This document shows, piece after piece, positions 1-15,632 of a stretch of 64,000 nt of DNA (position 1 is its first letter; each line of letters starts with the position of its first letter). The notes beneath the pieces were generated by a model. The model was not told the DNA's origin. It did not search any database and saw only the letters and a program-made list of their open reading frames with translations. The stretch lies in the NCBI RefSeq assembly GCF_009914755.1, contig NC_060935.1. One strand, given 5' to 3'. Position numbers and translations under genes: made by a program. Source of the stretch: the human T2T-CHM13v2.0 reference genome, Homo sapiens.

Positions 1-2510
1 TATACCCTACACCTAGTTTTCCTGATTGCTGACATCTTACATTATTGTGGTATATCTGTGAAAACTAAGAAACCAACCTTAGTACATACTGTTAACTAAA
101 CTTCATACTTCATTTGGATTTTTCCAGCTTTTTCATTAATGGCCTCTTTCTGTTCTAGGATCAAATTTAGGATACCACATTGCCTGTAGTTTTCATGTTT
201 CCCCAGTCTCTTGGTTTGTGACAGTTTCTCAGTTTTTCCTTGTTTGTCACGACCTTGCCATCCCCGAGGACTTTGTAGAATGCCCCCCAGTCTGCGTTTG
301 CTGCTGTTGCTCGGTATTAGACTGGGTTATGCGTTTTTGGAAAGAATCCTCTTTTCCTCTCATCAGGGGTGCATGATGTCCACGTGGCATCACTGGTGAT
401 GTTAACCATGACCACTTGGTTAAGATAGTGTTTGCTAGGTTTCTTCACTATACTCTGTTTTTTGGGAACACATTACTAAGTCCAACCCACACTTTAGGAA
501 GGGGGAGATATCTACATACATGGTTTGAAATTCTTCTGTAAGGAAGATTTGGATCTTTCCCCACATTTATCTGTTTATTCAGTCATTTATATCAGTATGG
601 ACTCATGTATGTTTATTTTATACTTTGAGTTCTAATGCTAGGTTTCTTTTCTTTTGCTTAAATTGTTCCAACTTTGGCTATTGGGAAGGTTTTCCGGTTA
701 CTGTTTATGTCCCTTTCATATGCCCCTATCCTTTTGTTTTTTGAACATCTCCTGACGTGGTACTAGAAGATGCTCCAGGCTCATCTTGTATTTTCTTTGC
801 ATCAGCTGTAGAATCAGCCATTTGAAGGAACTAGCATTCCTTTTATTTAGGAACCAAAATGTAGTTACTAGGTGTGCTCATTGCTATTGGAGTATCGTTG
901 CTTTTAGGCCCTCTCAGGGGACAGAGCTAGGTAATATCTGTGTGAATACTAACCCATGTATACACATACATCTCTAATTGTTTCTATATGTATCAGTTGG
1001 CATATATGTTAAGTTAAACATGAGTTGATATTGATGTCTCTGATTATAATCCATTACCACAAGGTTCACTCTAGTCCTCCTTTTTAATCTGTGACTTCCT
1101 TGTCTGACCATAAGAAACCTGGCTCCAGCCACCCCATTATCCATCCACTTATTTTTTCAACCTATGTACACATGAAAAGCAAATTTAGAATTATTACCCC
1201 ATACCCCATGAGTACAGTATTTATGTACAGTTTCTTTTGTCATTAGCCTTACAATTTCAAGTCAAAACACCGTGTTCCAAAGTTTGTTAGGTAAGCTCCT
1301 TTTTCACCGCCCCTTCAGTGAAGTTATGTCATACATTTGTAATGCAGTTAGTTTCATTTGTCGCAATCCACATTTCATCTTGGGATCCTCTGACGTTTTG
1401 GTTGATGTTAGTGGTTGTTGTTTGGTTAACATTTGTTGAAGTTCACTCTTTGTACTGTGCCATTCTGTGGGTTCAGACAAATGCAACGGGTCATGTATTC
1501 ACCACCCTAATGTACAGCGCAGATCCTGCACCCTAAATGTCCCCCTGTGCATCCCGTTTGTAGTCAAACACTCTCCTCTCCTCTAGTCCCTAGCAACTAC
1601 TAATTTATTTTCTGTGTCTCTACTTTTGCATTTTCCAGAGTGTTGTATAAATGGAATGATACAGTCTTTGGATTTTTCCATGTAGTAAAATACATGAAAA
1701 ATCCAAAGATTGTATCGGGCTTCTTTCATGTAGTAAAATGTATTTAAGATTCATCCATGTTGTGTAAATTAATAGTTCATTTGTTTTAAAAATTGTTGTA
1801 CTATTCCATTGTGTGGATGAATCATAATTTGTTTTTTCATTCCCCCATTAAAGGCCATTGTAGTTACTTTCAGTTTTTGGCATTAGGAGTAAAGCTGCTG
1901 TAAATGTCCATGGCCAGGTTTTTGCATGGATATAAGTTTTCAAGTCCCTTGTGTAAATACCTAAGAGTATGATTGTAGGTCGTATGGTAACTCTGTGTTT
2001 AACTTTCGACTGCTTTTGTTCTTTATAGAAATGGAGTTGTGCAGTATGTGCTCCTTTTTAATCTAGCATCTTTCTTTTGAATTGTTTATGACATTTATCT
2101 GTATATTTTGAGTGGTCATAATTCATTTGCATTATTGATTAATATTCTAATGTGTGAATAAACTACAGTTTTAAAAATCCATTCTACTGCAGATGGACAT
2201 TTAGATAGCTCTAGTTTGGGACTGTTACTAACAGTGCTGTTTAGGAACCTTCACAGACATGTATTTTTGTGAACATACATATACATTTCTGCCTAGTTGT
2301 GGAATTCGCTGGTACAGCTTTAGCTGATTGTACCAAGTAATTTTCTGGAGTGATTGTACCAATTTATAGTCTGATCAGCGGATGTAGTTTCTAGGTGCTT
2401 AATGTCTTCATGAGTACTGTATGTATTCATTCATTCTATTTCTCTCTCTCTCTCATTGTGGTTTTAATTTACATTTCCTTAAAGTTGAGCACCTTTTTAT
2501 ATGTGCATTG
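1..2510 (-). mobile_element. Old L1M (L1MB/MC/ME-type) 3' fragments
   Basis: typical antisense L1 3' motifs (gattcatccatgttgtg, tattccattgtgtggat, gatggacatttag); boundaries approximate. Confidence 0.7.
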
Positions 2511-2618
2511 GTTATTTGGATATTCAGAAAAATTAAGAAAATTGTAAATTTCTTCTGGGCTCTGAAAGCATTGGGGTTTGGAATAAGGGGTGGCTTCCAT
2601 TAGGAAAGGCAGTAAGGG

Positions 2619-3559
<941 letters not shown>

Positions 3560-5023
3560 TCCTAGAGTACACAGTGAAAAAGTTTGATAGAGAGGGGAAC
3601 AGTGGAAGATTTTGTTAGATATGTCACATGATTAATGGATGACTAAAGTTTTGTTTGGTGATCTAGGATGATAGAGATGTTGAGACATGAAATTAGTTGG
3701 CTTCAAGTTCTAAGCTGTCCTGTGTGAGAAATTGCCTCATCAGCCAACACAGGCTTTGACATATGGGTAGCTTCGTGTTTCTTAGGATACTTGGGCTGGT
3801 CAGAAAGTGCCAAGCATCAGAGAAACTGAGACCTCGGTATAGGTGGAGGAAGTCTAATGATAGCCACAGTCAGTAGCCTAGTCTGATTTGTTTTTAGCAA
3901 ATCTAGACTATTTTCTTAATCAGTAACTACTTCTTTAGTAACTACTTACAAGGCGACTGCCTTTGCCAAGGTATATGTTCTCTGAAAGCTGATTCTTCAT
4001 AGATCACTAACTGTAGTTTTGAGGTTCTGTGATTTCCTTCAAAATTCACAGAACCTTGAGCTATAATTTATGTGGATAGAGTGATTACTGGGATTTAACT
4101 TAAAATTAGATGTATTCAAATGTTTTAAGGAATATGTTTTGTAAAACAACATGTTTTTCATTCGTTACTTATATATTGATCCCAGAAATTGTGTGCCTGC
4201 AAATTGTCAAGTTGGGTTGATGCTTCAGAAAAGGAAAGTAGAGGCTGAGTCTTCTTAGTATAGCAATGCATTTTTTAGAGCAGTGTTTGAGGCAAATTAT
4301 TTTCGCAAAATTACATGGCTTCTAGGGATTAGATTGCATGAGTTTGTCTCTTGTTCCTCCCTCATTCTACTGTAAGAGGCCAGGCTGCTAGTTAACAGAA
4401 TGCCAGACATAATGCCTAGGGCATAGTTTGAGACCTGGGAAGATTCACAATAATCAAACACAAACAGACAGAGTAGCATGAAGAAATTTCAATCCTCCCA
4501 GTCTTGCTTACAGATTTAATTAGGCTTATTGGGGCAGAAAATATTTTTCCTCCCCCCATGTTTAAATCTGTTTCTCCTCTACTCCCACCTCCTGTCCCAG
4601 ATTCTCTTTGAAGGGGTAATACTAGCAACAAAAGGAGATTTTTTTTTTTTTTTTTGTAAATCCTAACTTATTTGGTTTATCTGGCTTTAGGAAAAGGAGC
4701 AGTAACAACAACCGAATTTTAAGGTATTTGAGGGACTCCATTTTTTGGCACTGTATTTGGGAAATTCCCAATTTAAAAATCATGCTGTACTCAAGAAGAA
4801 AATTAGGGTTTTTTTGTGGCTTTATAATTGGATCTTTTTTGCAAGTATTTTTAATTTTATGAGAGGTATTTGGCCTGTTCTGCTAGAGAATTATCAGCCA
4901 AATCCTTGCTTTCTTTATATTATATATATTTTCCTGAGTGATATTCTAGGGAAATGTATATGGATGCTGTTCTCTGTCTTTCCATTAGCAGCGCAGTGTT
5001 GGGCTTCGAATGATGATGGTAGA

Positions 5024-5246
5024 TGATTGGGGGTGGGAGAAGAGGTGGGGTTTCTTCTTATCATCCCTCTTGTGGTCAGTAAAATCATCTGACAAATGCC
5101 TTTCCAAGGATGTCGAATGTATATATAAAGAAAAAGCTTAGGATTGCTAAGGGAGTGGTATTTTGGTGAGGATTTCATTTTCTTCTACTCCATGGAAACG
5201 AGCCTTTTGAGCTTTTGCTTGTCTGCTGATTTGTCCGGTGATCCAG
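5024..5246 (+). promoter_or_regulatory. Candidate alternative promoter and first exon of ARHGEF12
   Basis: TGATTGG (reverse CCAAT) 5024, GGGTGGG 5031, CTTATC 5057, TATATAAA 5122, ATG 5192, donor CAG|gtaatc 5247; repeat-free context. Confidence 0.65.
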
Positions 5247-7679
5247 GTAATCTACTGCAGTCTTTGTTTTCTGGGTCGTGTATAAAATGGAGCAAAATGG
5301 TAGAAAAATAGCTTCAGTGAAAGGGATGTACCTGTTAACAGGAATAAAATAGAAAGGAAAAGGATATTTTTACATTGTTCATTATTATTTCTCACAACAG
5401 CTTTTAGGATTTTTATCATGTTTTAAAAAACCTAATTTGACCTAAGGAAGAAAATTCCTAGTTTTGAAAACCCGTGCCTTAATTGCTTAGCTTTAGAACA
5501 AAGGTTTTTACATCCAGCATTGCAAGGATATCTTTATTCAAAAGAATAGGATGCAGCATTCTTATGTTACCTTTTTAGAACTGAATTGGCATAACCTCTC
5601 TTGAATCTTAGAGACTTTGACGTATTATTCTGTGAATTGTGATTTAATTATCTCATGCTTCAGGATGGTTGTTTCCCTTTGATACCCAAGAGACCATGGA
5701 TGGGATATAGGGGGTGGGGATTAATATTACAGTGGGGGAAGGGAGTGTTTTTACAGAGTAACCTTCCTGTTTTTGCATTGGAAACTAAATTGAAATATAT
5801 AATCATTGGAAAAGGTGGTATCCATGGCACCAATCTTATCAACTTGAATTATTTTATCCTTTGTTCAGTTTGTGGTATTTTTGCTCTTGTCAGCTGAAAT
5901 GTTGATTATAAATTTGAAGAAGCTGCCGAGTTGCTGTGATGGCACTGGAATTGCATTCTGCTTTCTTTTTCTTTCCAATTATAGCTGTAAATACAGGAAC
6001 CAAGGGATGAATGTGAAAAGAAGTAATATAAAATGCTGAAGATATTTTTGGTTTTCTCTTGAAAGTATTTTTCATAGTGAGAATTATTTTCTTGTGGACA
6101 GAAAGAGCTAGGACCCTAATTTATGACATTAAAAAGCATTTAAGTGCTACAGACTTCTCTATTTAGGAAAGACAGACTGAAAACATGTTGAAGCGTACTA
6201 TGGAGCTTTCAGTTAAGTTGATTATTTCCATCATGGTGATATGAGTTATCATACTGTTTGCCACATTTTGAAAGCTGTTTGACTCCTCAGAAGTATTAAC
6301 AAATTAACAAATTCTTACTGAGCATTTACATTATGCTAGGTTCTTTAGATGTATATCAGGTTTATAGTCTAGTAAAGGATATAAAAAACTCATGCATATG
6401 ATGTACCATTTTTGGTGCAAGCATATAAGTATTGCAGTGTTATATATTTATGTACTGACATGTAGGTGTTTTACATAAGCTACTACATTTAATCCTCATA
6501 ACAACCTAGTCACGAAATTATTGTCATTCTTGTTATCCTATGCACATTAGTCCAAACAAGCAAACAAAAATTGTCATTCTCTTTTATAGATGAGAAAATT
6601 TACATTTTGAGAGATTAAGTGATTTACCATAAGTAACAAAGCCATGAAGTGATGAAGCCTGGGTCAGTCAGACTCTAAAGCTCTTTCCACTGTTTGTATA
6701 TGAGTAGATTAAAGCATTTTATCATGATTATTTGACATCACAAATAGTGATGCCATGAGTGAAAAGGAGATAGGGATCCTAATCTTTAATCTATGCCAAG
6801 AACTGAGTGATTGAGCAAATCATTTAACATCGTCTGTAAAGTGTGAGGGTTGGACTAGGCAACCTTGGTTCATGATTCTATTCAGTGTAAGAGATTTTCA
6901 CATATGGTCTATGGAAACAATTCTCATTACTTTAGTGTTTTTATTATATTTAGTTTCCATTACTCATCCTTCATAATGTGCTGTACATGTTGGATTGTGT
7001 GTGGTGGGGGGGGAGGGTGATAGAGTGCATATCATCTTCTAACATATTACATACAATATACATTTATTTATTAAGATTATTACTGTCTGTCATCTTCCTT
7101 CTTCCCTTCCCCCAAATATGTCACGAGGACCTAGACTAGAGCCTGGCTACATAGTATGCAGTTATAAACTAATTTTTTGAATGAATGAATAGGAATAATA
7201 GACTTGTATAGTACATTGGCAAAATATATAAGTAACTTCATAATTCTTAACACCAAAAGATTCCCTGGGGGCCAAAATTATTAATCTTTCTATTACAGTG
7301 ATCCTTTAAGGAACTAAGTGTAAGAATCTTAAAAAGAAGAACACCTACGAAACAATCAAGTGTAGTCAAGTAATCTGAAGTTTGCTGGAATTCCCCCATA
7401 CAAAATTATTGGTAGTATAGAACTTGCTAACCATAGGTTTGTTTACCCAGTGTTCTATTTGAAAGTAGTTTACTAAAGCATTCCATATAAGCAAAGAAAA
7501 AAAGCAGCAAAGTTTCTTTTTTGTTTATGTGTCACTGTATAGTCTCAAATGCTGTAAATTTACAGTGAGTAGAAAATATTCAGACCATTGAGTCTTTTGC
7601 TTAAAAGATATTTCGTAAGGTATAACATAACGTTTACTGGTAGTTTTGTTTCATTTAAACATTAGGCTTCTTGAGAGTT

Positions 7680-9775
<2,096 letters not shown>

Positions 9776-12700
9776 AGGAGTGTCCTAAATCTAAGGATGT
9801 GTCATATTATTTTTTCTTTATTTTTTTCTCCTCCTGCTGTTCCGGGTCTCTACAGTGTCCCCTACTCCTTTGTTTTATTCGCACACCTGGGTAGTGCCTT
9901 TCCAATCAAAGGATAGTTGGGTCTGCATTTCAGGTCTGTGATCTTTATGTTTAGGGAAATCCGTTTCCTGGTCAAAGCCTACCAGACTTCCTTGGTATCA
10001 CTCCAGAATTTAACAGATTTGGCAAGTATGTTTTTTAGTTAATGGTTTGAGATCATAATCATTTCCTTCATGCTCCTCCTGCCTTCTATTTTTGCTTTTA
10101 ATATTGAGGAATGCTAATGGAATAGATTTGCTTTTGCTCTCTCCCATCTTTACCTGGAATTGAACACATATTTATTGAAGGAATGAGTGGTTTGCAGGAA
10201 TGTTGCCATTCAGGTGGAGACATGTTTCTCTTTAAATATATAGCTGGCAAGTTGCCCATATGGCACATAGATATTAACTGAATTATCCACTGAGCTCTGG
10301 GATTAGGAGATACAGATTGTGTAGGATTGGGAGTTCTTTCTATTGGCTTATCTTTTCCTAAAACTATGTAACGGGATATGAATACCTTTCTACCTAAGTA
10401 TCTTGTCATTATACTAGATCTAGTTTTCTGAGTCTCACTTGTGAAAGCTTTTGGTTAACTATTAATAAAAAACTGTACAAAGGGAAGATGATAATGGTTT
10501 CTCTTGTAAGGTGGTAGTCCAGGGGTTGAAAGCAAGGGTTCTAGTTAGACTGTGAGGTTTTGAATCTAAGCTCCCTCTTCTACTAGTTATATAACTTGTA
10601 TATGTTACTTAACTTCTCAGAACCTCACATTTCTCTTCAATAAAACAAGGCTAAACATTTTACTTATAGAATTATTGTTAAAATTAAATGAATTAATGCA
10701 TAAAAAGTACTTAAAGCAGATACTGTAAGTATGCAAGTAAAGCTACTCAAGTTTTAGCTATTATTGTAACCATTTTAATTGTTAATTATTGTTCTTATAG
10801 ATAATGGATGATGTGTTTGAAGCTATCACCTAGCACAATTTCTGACTACCAAATGTAGTTTGAGGCTTTTGAGTGTTTTTCACCTAACCATTCTTCCCAA
10901 ATGAATATTTTTCAGGGAAGCTAACCCCAGGAAATGTGACACAATTTACTGTATTGTTCCTTACCTCTATAATGTATGTTTATTCTAGCTGGTTCATCTC
11001 TTCCTTATATACAAGTTCCACAGAATGATTTTTTTCTAATAAGAATTAAGAAACCTTTGTTCTGATGATGAGCTTATTTAAATTTGGGTTTAATTTGATA
11101 GAAAATTAAGCTGTTTCCTTAATGGGGAATCTGGCCAATCACCATCCTCCACCCTCCCAGGGTAGAATTTTTTCCAGGAATTAAATAGCTCTATCTAGCA
11201 GGGTCTTCCTGCCTTTGGCAGTAGAGCAGTACAAAGGCCACATTGAGCATAGCTGCTGGGGAAACCCTTTTTCCTTCTCTAGCCTATAAATGCTGTTCTG
11301 TCTCTGTGAAAAGCCCTGACATCAGCTCTTGGAAAAATCCAAATACTTGTGTTAGAACAAGGCTGAAACACTTGCCTGGGCAGAGACTAATGGCTGAACT
11401 ATAGTTCTAAGTTTACCAGATTGCCTCTCAGTATTGTTATGCTTTAAAAAACAAAACAAAAACTGTAAGTTTCAGACATAATCTAGAGAAATTAGGATAG
11501 AAAGGACAACTTAATAGCGCCTCCCATTCTTTGCTAGTTTCTTCTTATTTTTCTCTTTTTTCTAAAAATCTACCTTCAAGATAATGTGAAATTCTTGCTT
11601 GAGGAGTGAGGGAGAGAAATAATATATCAATATTATAAACTTTATGCAGTGTTTTCCACATATTAGATGCTGCATAAGTATTTGATGTTTGAGACAAAAT
11701 AAACTGTAAACAGACTGTACTTAACTTCCTTAGTGTTCAAATTAGATCATGATGTAAAACTCTCCAGTGGTTTTCCATTATATTATGAATAAACTCTAAG
11801 CCTGTTTCTGTGGCTCACATTCTTACATTAGCTGGCCCCTGTCTACTTCTGTGGATCTCATTTCAGCACTACTTTACTACTCTCTTGGTCATTTTCTATG
11901 CTTAAGCCACAGCGGACTTTGTATTTCTCAAATACATTAATCTGCTTATCCTTTGTGACTCTTGTACTAGCTGTTTCCTTTACCTGTAATTCTGTGGCCC
12001 ACATCTTCCCATGGCTGGCTCCTTCATTTAAGTCTCAGCTTAAATGCCTCTAAGGTCTTTTTTGAATAAACTAAATTAATGTATTTAGTCAAATAATATC
12101 TTTTTTTAATAGCACTTACCACGATTTGAAATTCTTTGGTACAATTATTTTTTTGTGGAGTTTATCTTCCTCCTGTGGAATGTAAGCTGCTTGAGAGCAA
12201 GGACCTTATCTGTTCATTAACGTAACCTCCAGTGTCTTGAACCTCCTGGCATAGGTTGGTGTTTGTGTAACTTTGTATGTACTTGGCTGCCTGTAACGGA
12301 AAACACAAGTCAAACTGACTTAAGCAGTAACGCATTTACTGGCTCACATAAAAAAGAAATCTAGACGTAGGCTTCAGAGATTTTTGATTTAGGGACGTAA
12401 CTATGTCAAGGGCTCAGATGCTTTCCATCTTTACACTCTTGCCATCAAAATCATCCTCATCCTAAACTAGTCCTTAAAGATGAATGCGAAGTAGCTGTTA
12501 AGGCTGCTTGCTTCTTCACTCAGGTTCAGTGGGAGGGAGAGAAAGAAGTTTCACATCATTCTCTCAAGAATAAGGAAATACTTTCATAGATGCCACCAGT
12601 GAACTTTGTTTCTACTTTTATTGGCTTTTTTGGAACCAATTGCTTACCCAAGAATGGAATTACTGTTAGGCCAAAAAGGCCCATCACTGTTGCTACAGAT

Positions 12701-13985
12701 GGGGTTGGCTTGACCTGAGTCATCTGGACTCTGAGAGGAATAGTAGATAACTGAATAAAATCGGAGTTCTCTTAAAAGGAAGGCTGTGGTTTCTGGGGTA
12801 ACTTATATCCTCTGTAGTTCTCAATAAAAATGTATGGAATGAGTGAATTCATGTAGTAAAAATGTATTGAATTGTCAGGCGTATGCTCAGCACCATAATA
12901 GTTAAGTAGAATACAAAATCAAATAGAATGTGGTCCTTGCCTTCAAATAATTTAAAATCTAGTGAGAGAGCCAAATTAACGGAATATTAAAATTGTTTTA
13001 AAAATCAGTTGATTAAAATAATTTAAAAGATGAAAAAGAGAAAAGGGAAACAACAGATGAGACAAATAGCAAGATGATAGACTTAAATACATTAGTAATC
13101 ACACTAAAGGTAAATGGTCCAAACACCCCAATTAAATGTATAGACTATCAGATTAGATGAAACAGCAAAGCCCAACTGTATGCTACAAGAAACACACCTT
13201 AAAATTAAAAATACACATTGTTTAAAAGTAAAAGGATGGAAGAAGATGTGCCCTGCTAATCTACATTAAAGGAAAACTAGACCACATTAATATCAGATAA
13301 AGTAGATTTAAGATTATAGAATATCAACAGGGATAAAAAAAGTAATTTCGTACTGATAAAAGGGTCAATTTAAAAAGAAGACATATCTAGGCATGTATAC
13401 ACCTAATGACAAAACATCAAAATTCATGTAACAAAAGCTGACATAACTGAAAGGACAAATAGACAAATCTACAAACATTGTCAGTTATTTCAGTATCCGT
13501 TTTTCAGTAATTGATCAAAGTAGATAAAGTAAGCAAGGATATAGAGTACTTAAACAATACTGTTGGCCAGTTTGATTTAATTACATTTTTGGAACATTCC
13601 AGCCAACAACCAAATACTTTTTTTTTTTTTCATGTTTGCAAGCAGACATGGGACATTTACCATGACAGACACAATTCTGGGCTGTGAAGTAAATTTCAAT
13701 AAATTAAAAGGATTCAAGTCATACAAAGTATGTTTCCTGGTCACCATGGACTGAAATTAGAAATCAATAAAAGATCTCTGGAAAGTTTCCAAATATTGGA
13801 AAATAACACAATTCTTAGTCAAAGTGGAAATAAAAAAGGAAATGGCAAAGTATTTTGTATTGGATGAAAATGAAAACACAACATATCAGAATTTGTTGGT
13901 TGCCATTAAAGCATTACATAAAAACTTATAGCATTAAACACCTATTAGAAAAGAGAGAAGGTCTAAAATCAATGACATCAGCTTC

Positions 13986-14254
13986 TTTTTTTTTTTTAAG
14001 ACAGGGTCTTACTCTGTTGCCCAGGCTCAAGGGCAGTGGTTTGATCACTACAGCCTCAACCTCCTGGGCTCAGGCTGTCCCCACCTTATCCTCCCAAGTA
14101 GCTGGGACTACAGGTGTGCCCCACTAATTTTTTTTAGTAGAGATGGGGTCTCACTGTGTTGCCCAGACTGGTCTCAAACTCCTGGGTTCAAGCAATCCTC
14201 CTGCCTCGGCCTCCCAAAGTACTGGGATTTCAGGTGTGAGCCACCGTACCTGAC
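13986..14254 (-). mobile_element. AluJ
   Basis: antisense Alu with J-type diagnostics (acagggtct, ctcctgggctca). Confidence 0.88.
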
Positions 14255-14513
14255 CAATTTCATTTTAAGCAACTAGAAAAAGAAGAGCAAATTAAAACCA
14301 AAGCAAGCAGAAGAAAAAAAAAATAGAGATGAAAGCAGGAATCACTGAAGCAGAAAACAGGAAAACAGTAGCGAACATTAACCCCAAATCTGGTTCTTTT
14401 GAGAAAATTAATAAAATTATTAAACCTCTAGCCAGCTGATCAGGATGAAAAGAGAGAAGACACACATTACTAATATCATAAATGAAAGAGGTGACATCAT
14501 TACAGATTCTTCA

Positions 14514-14840
<327 letters not shown>

Positions 14841-15266
14841 GATAAGGGAGCATTATGAATAGCTTTATGGCAATAAATTTAACAATTTAGATGGAATGTG
14901 GTTGGTAATTTTATAAATTCCAACAATATATATACAATATGTAAATATATATTACATATACATAAAACAGGAAAATACATAAAATATATATGCACTCTGT
15001 GTGTATGTATGTGTGTGTAATGACCGGGTAGGGTTTATCCCAGGAGTGCAAGATTGGTTCACCTTACAAAAATCAGGCAATGTAAGTAAATGGATGGTAA
15101 ATGGTGGTAACTATGTTTCTCACTGTCTCAAAGGAGCTAAGCAAGAGAGAAGACTGGAATGAACCTGATGGAATTAGATTAGAATTAGAGATATCAGTAT
15201 GAACTCATGCTGAGCTTAATATAGATACAGATATATGGATAGCTACAGAAAGAATTATAGATATGT

Positions 15267-15632
15267 TGTATTAGTCTCTTCTCACACTGCTAATGAAGAC
15301 ATATCCGAGACTGGGTAATTTATAAAGGAAAGAGGTTTAATTGACTCACAGTTCCACATGGCTTGGGAGGCCTCACAATCATGGCAGAAGGCAAGTGAGG
15401 AGCAAAGTCATGTCTTACATGGTAGCAGGCAAGGAGAGCTCGTGCAGGGGAACTCCCCTTTATATAACCATCAGATCTGGTGAGACTTATTCAATATCCC
15501 AAGAACAGCATGGGAAAAGACCCCCCCCCTTCATGATTCAATTACCTCCCACCAGGTCCCTCCCACACATGGGAATTATGGGAGCTACAATTCAAGATGA
15601 GATTTGGGTGGGGACACAGCCAAACCATATCA
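15267..15632 (-). mobile_element. THE1-family (ERVL-MaLR) solo LTR
   Basis: TGTATTAGTC...GGGACACAGCCAAACCATATCA termini; near-TSD TATGT/TGTGT. Confidence 0.9.
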
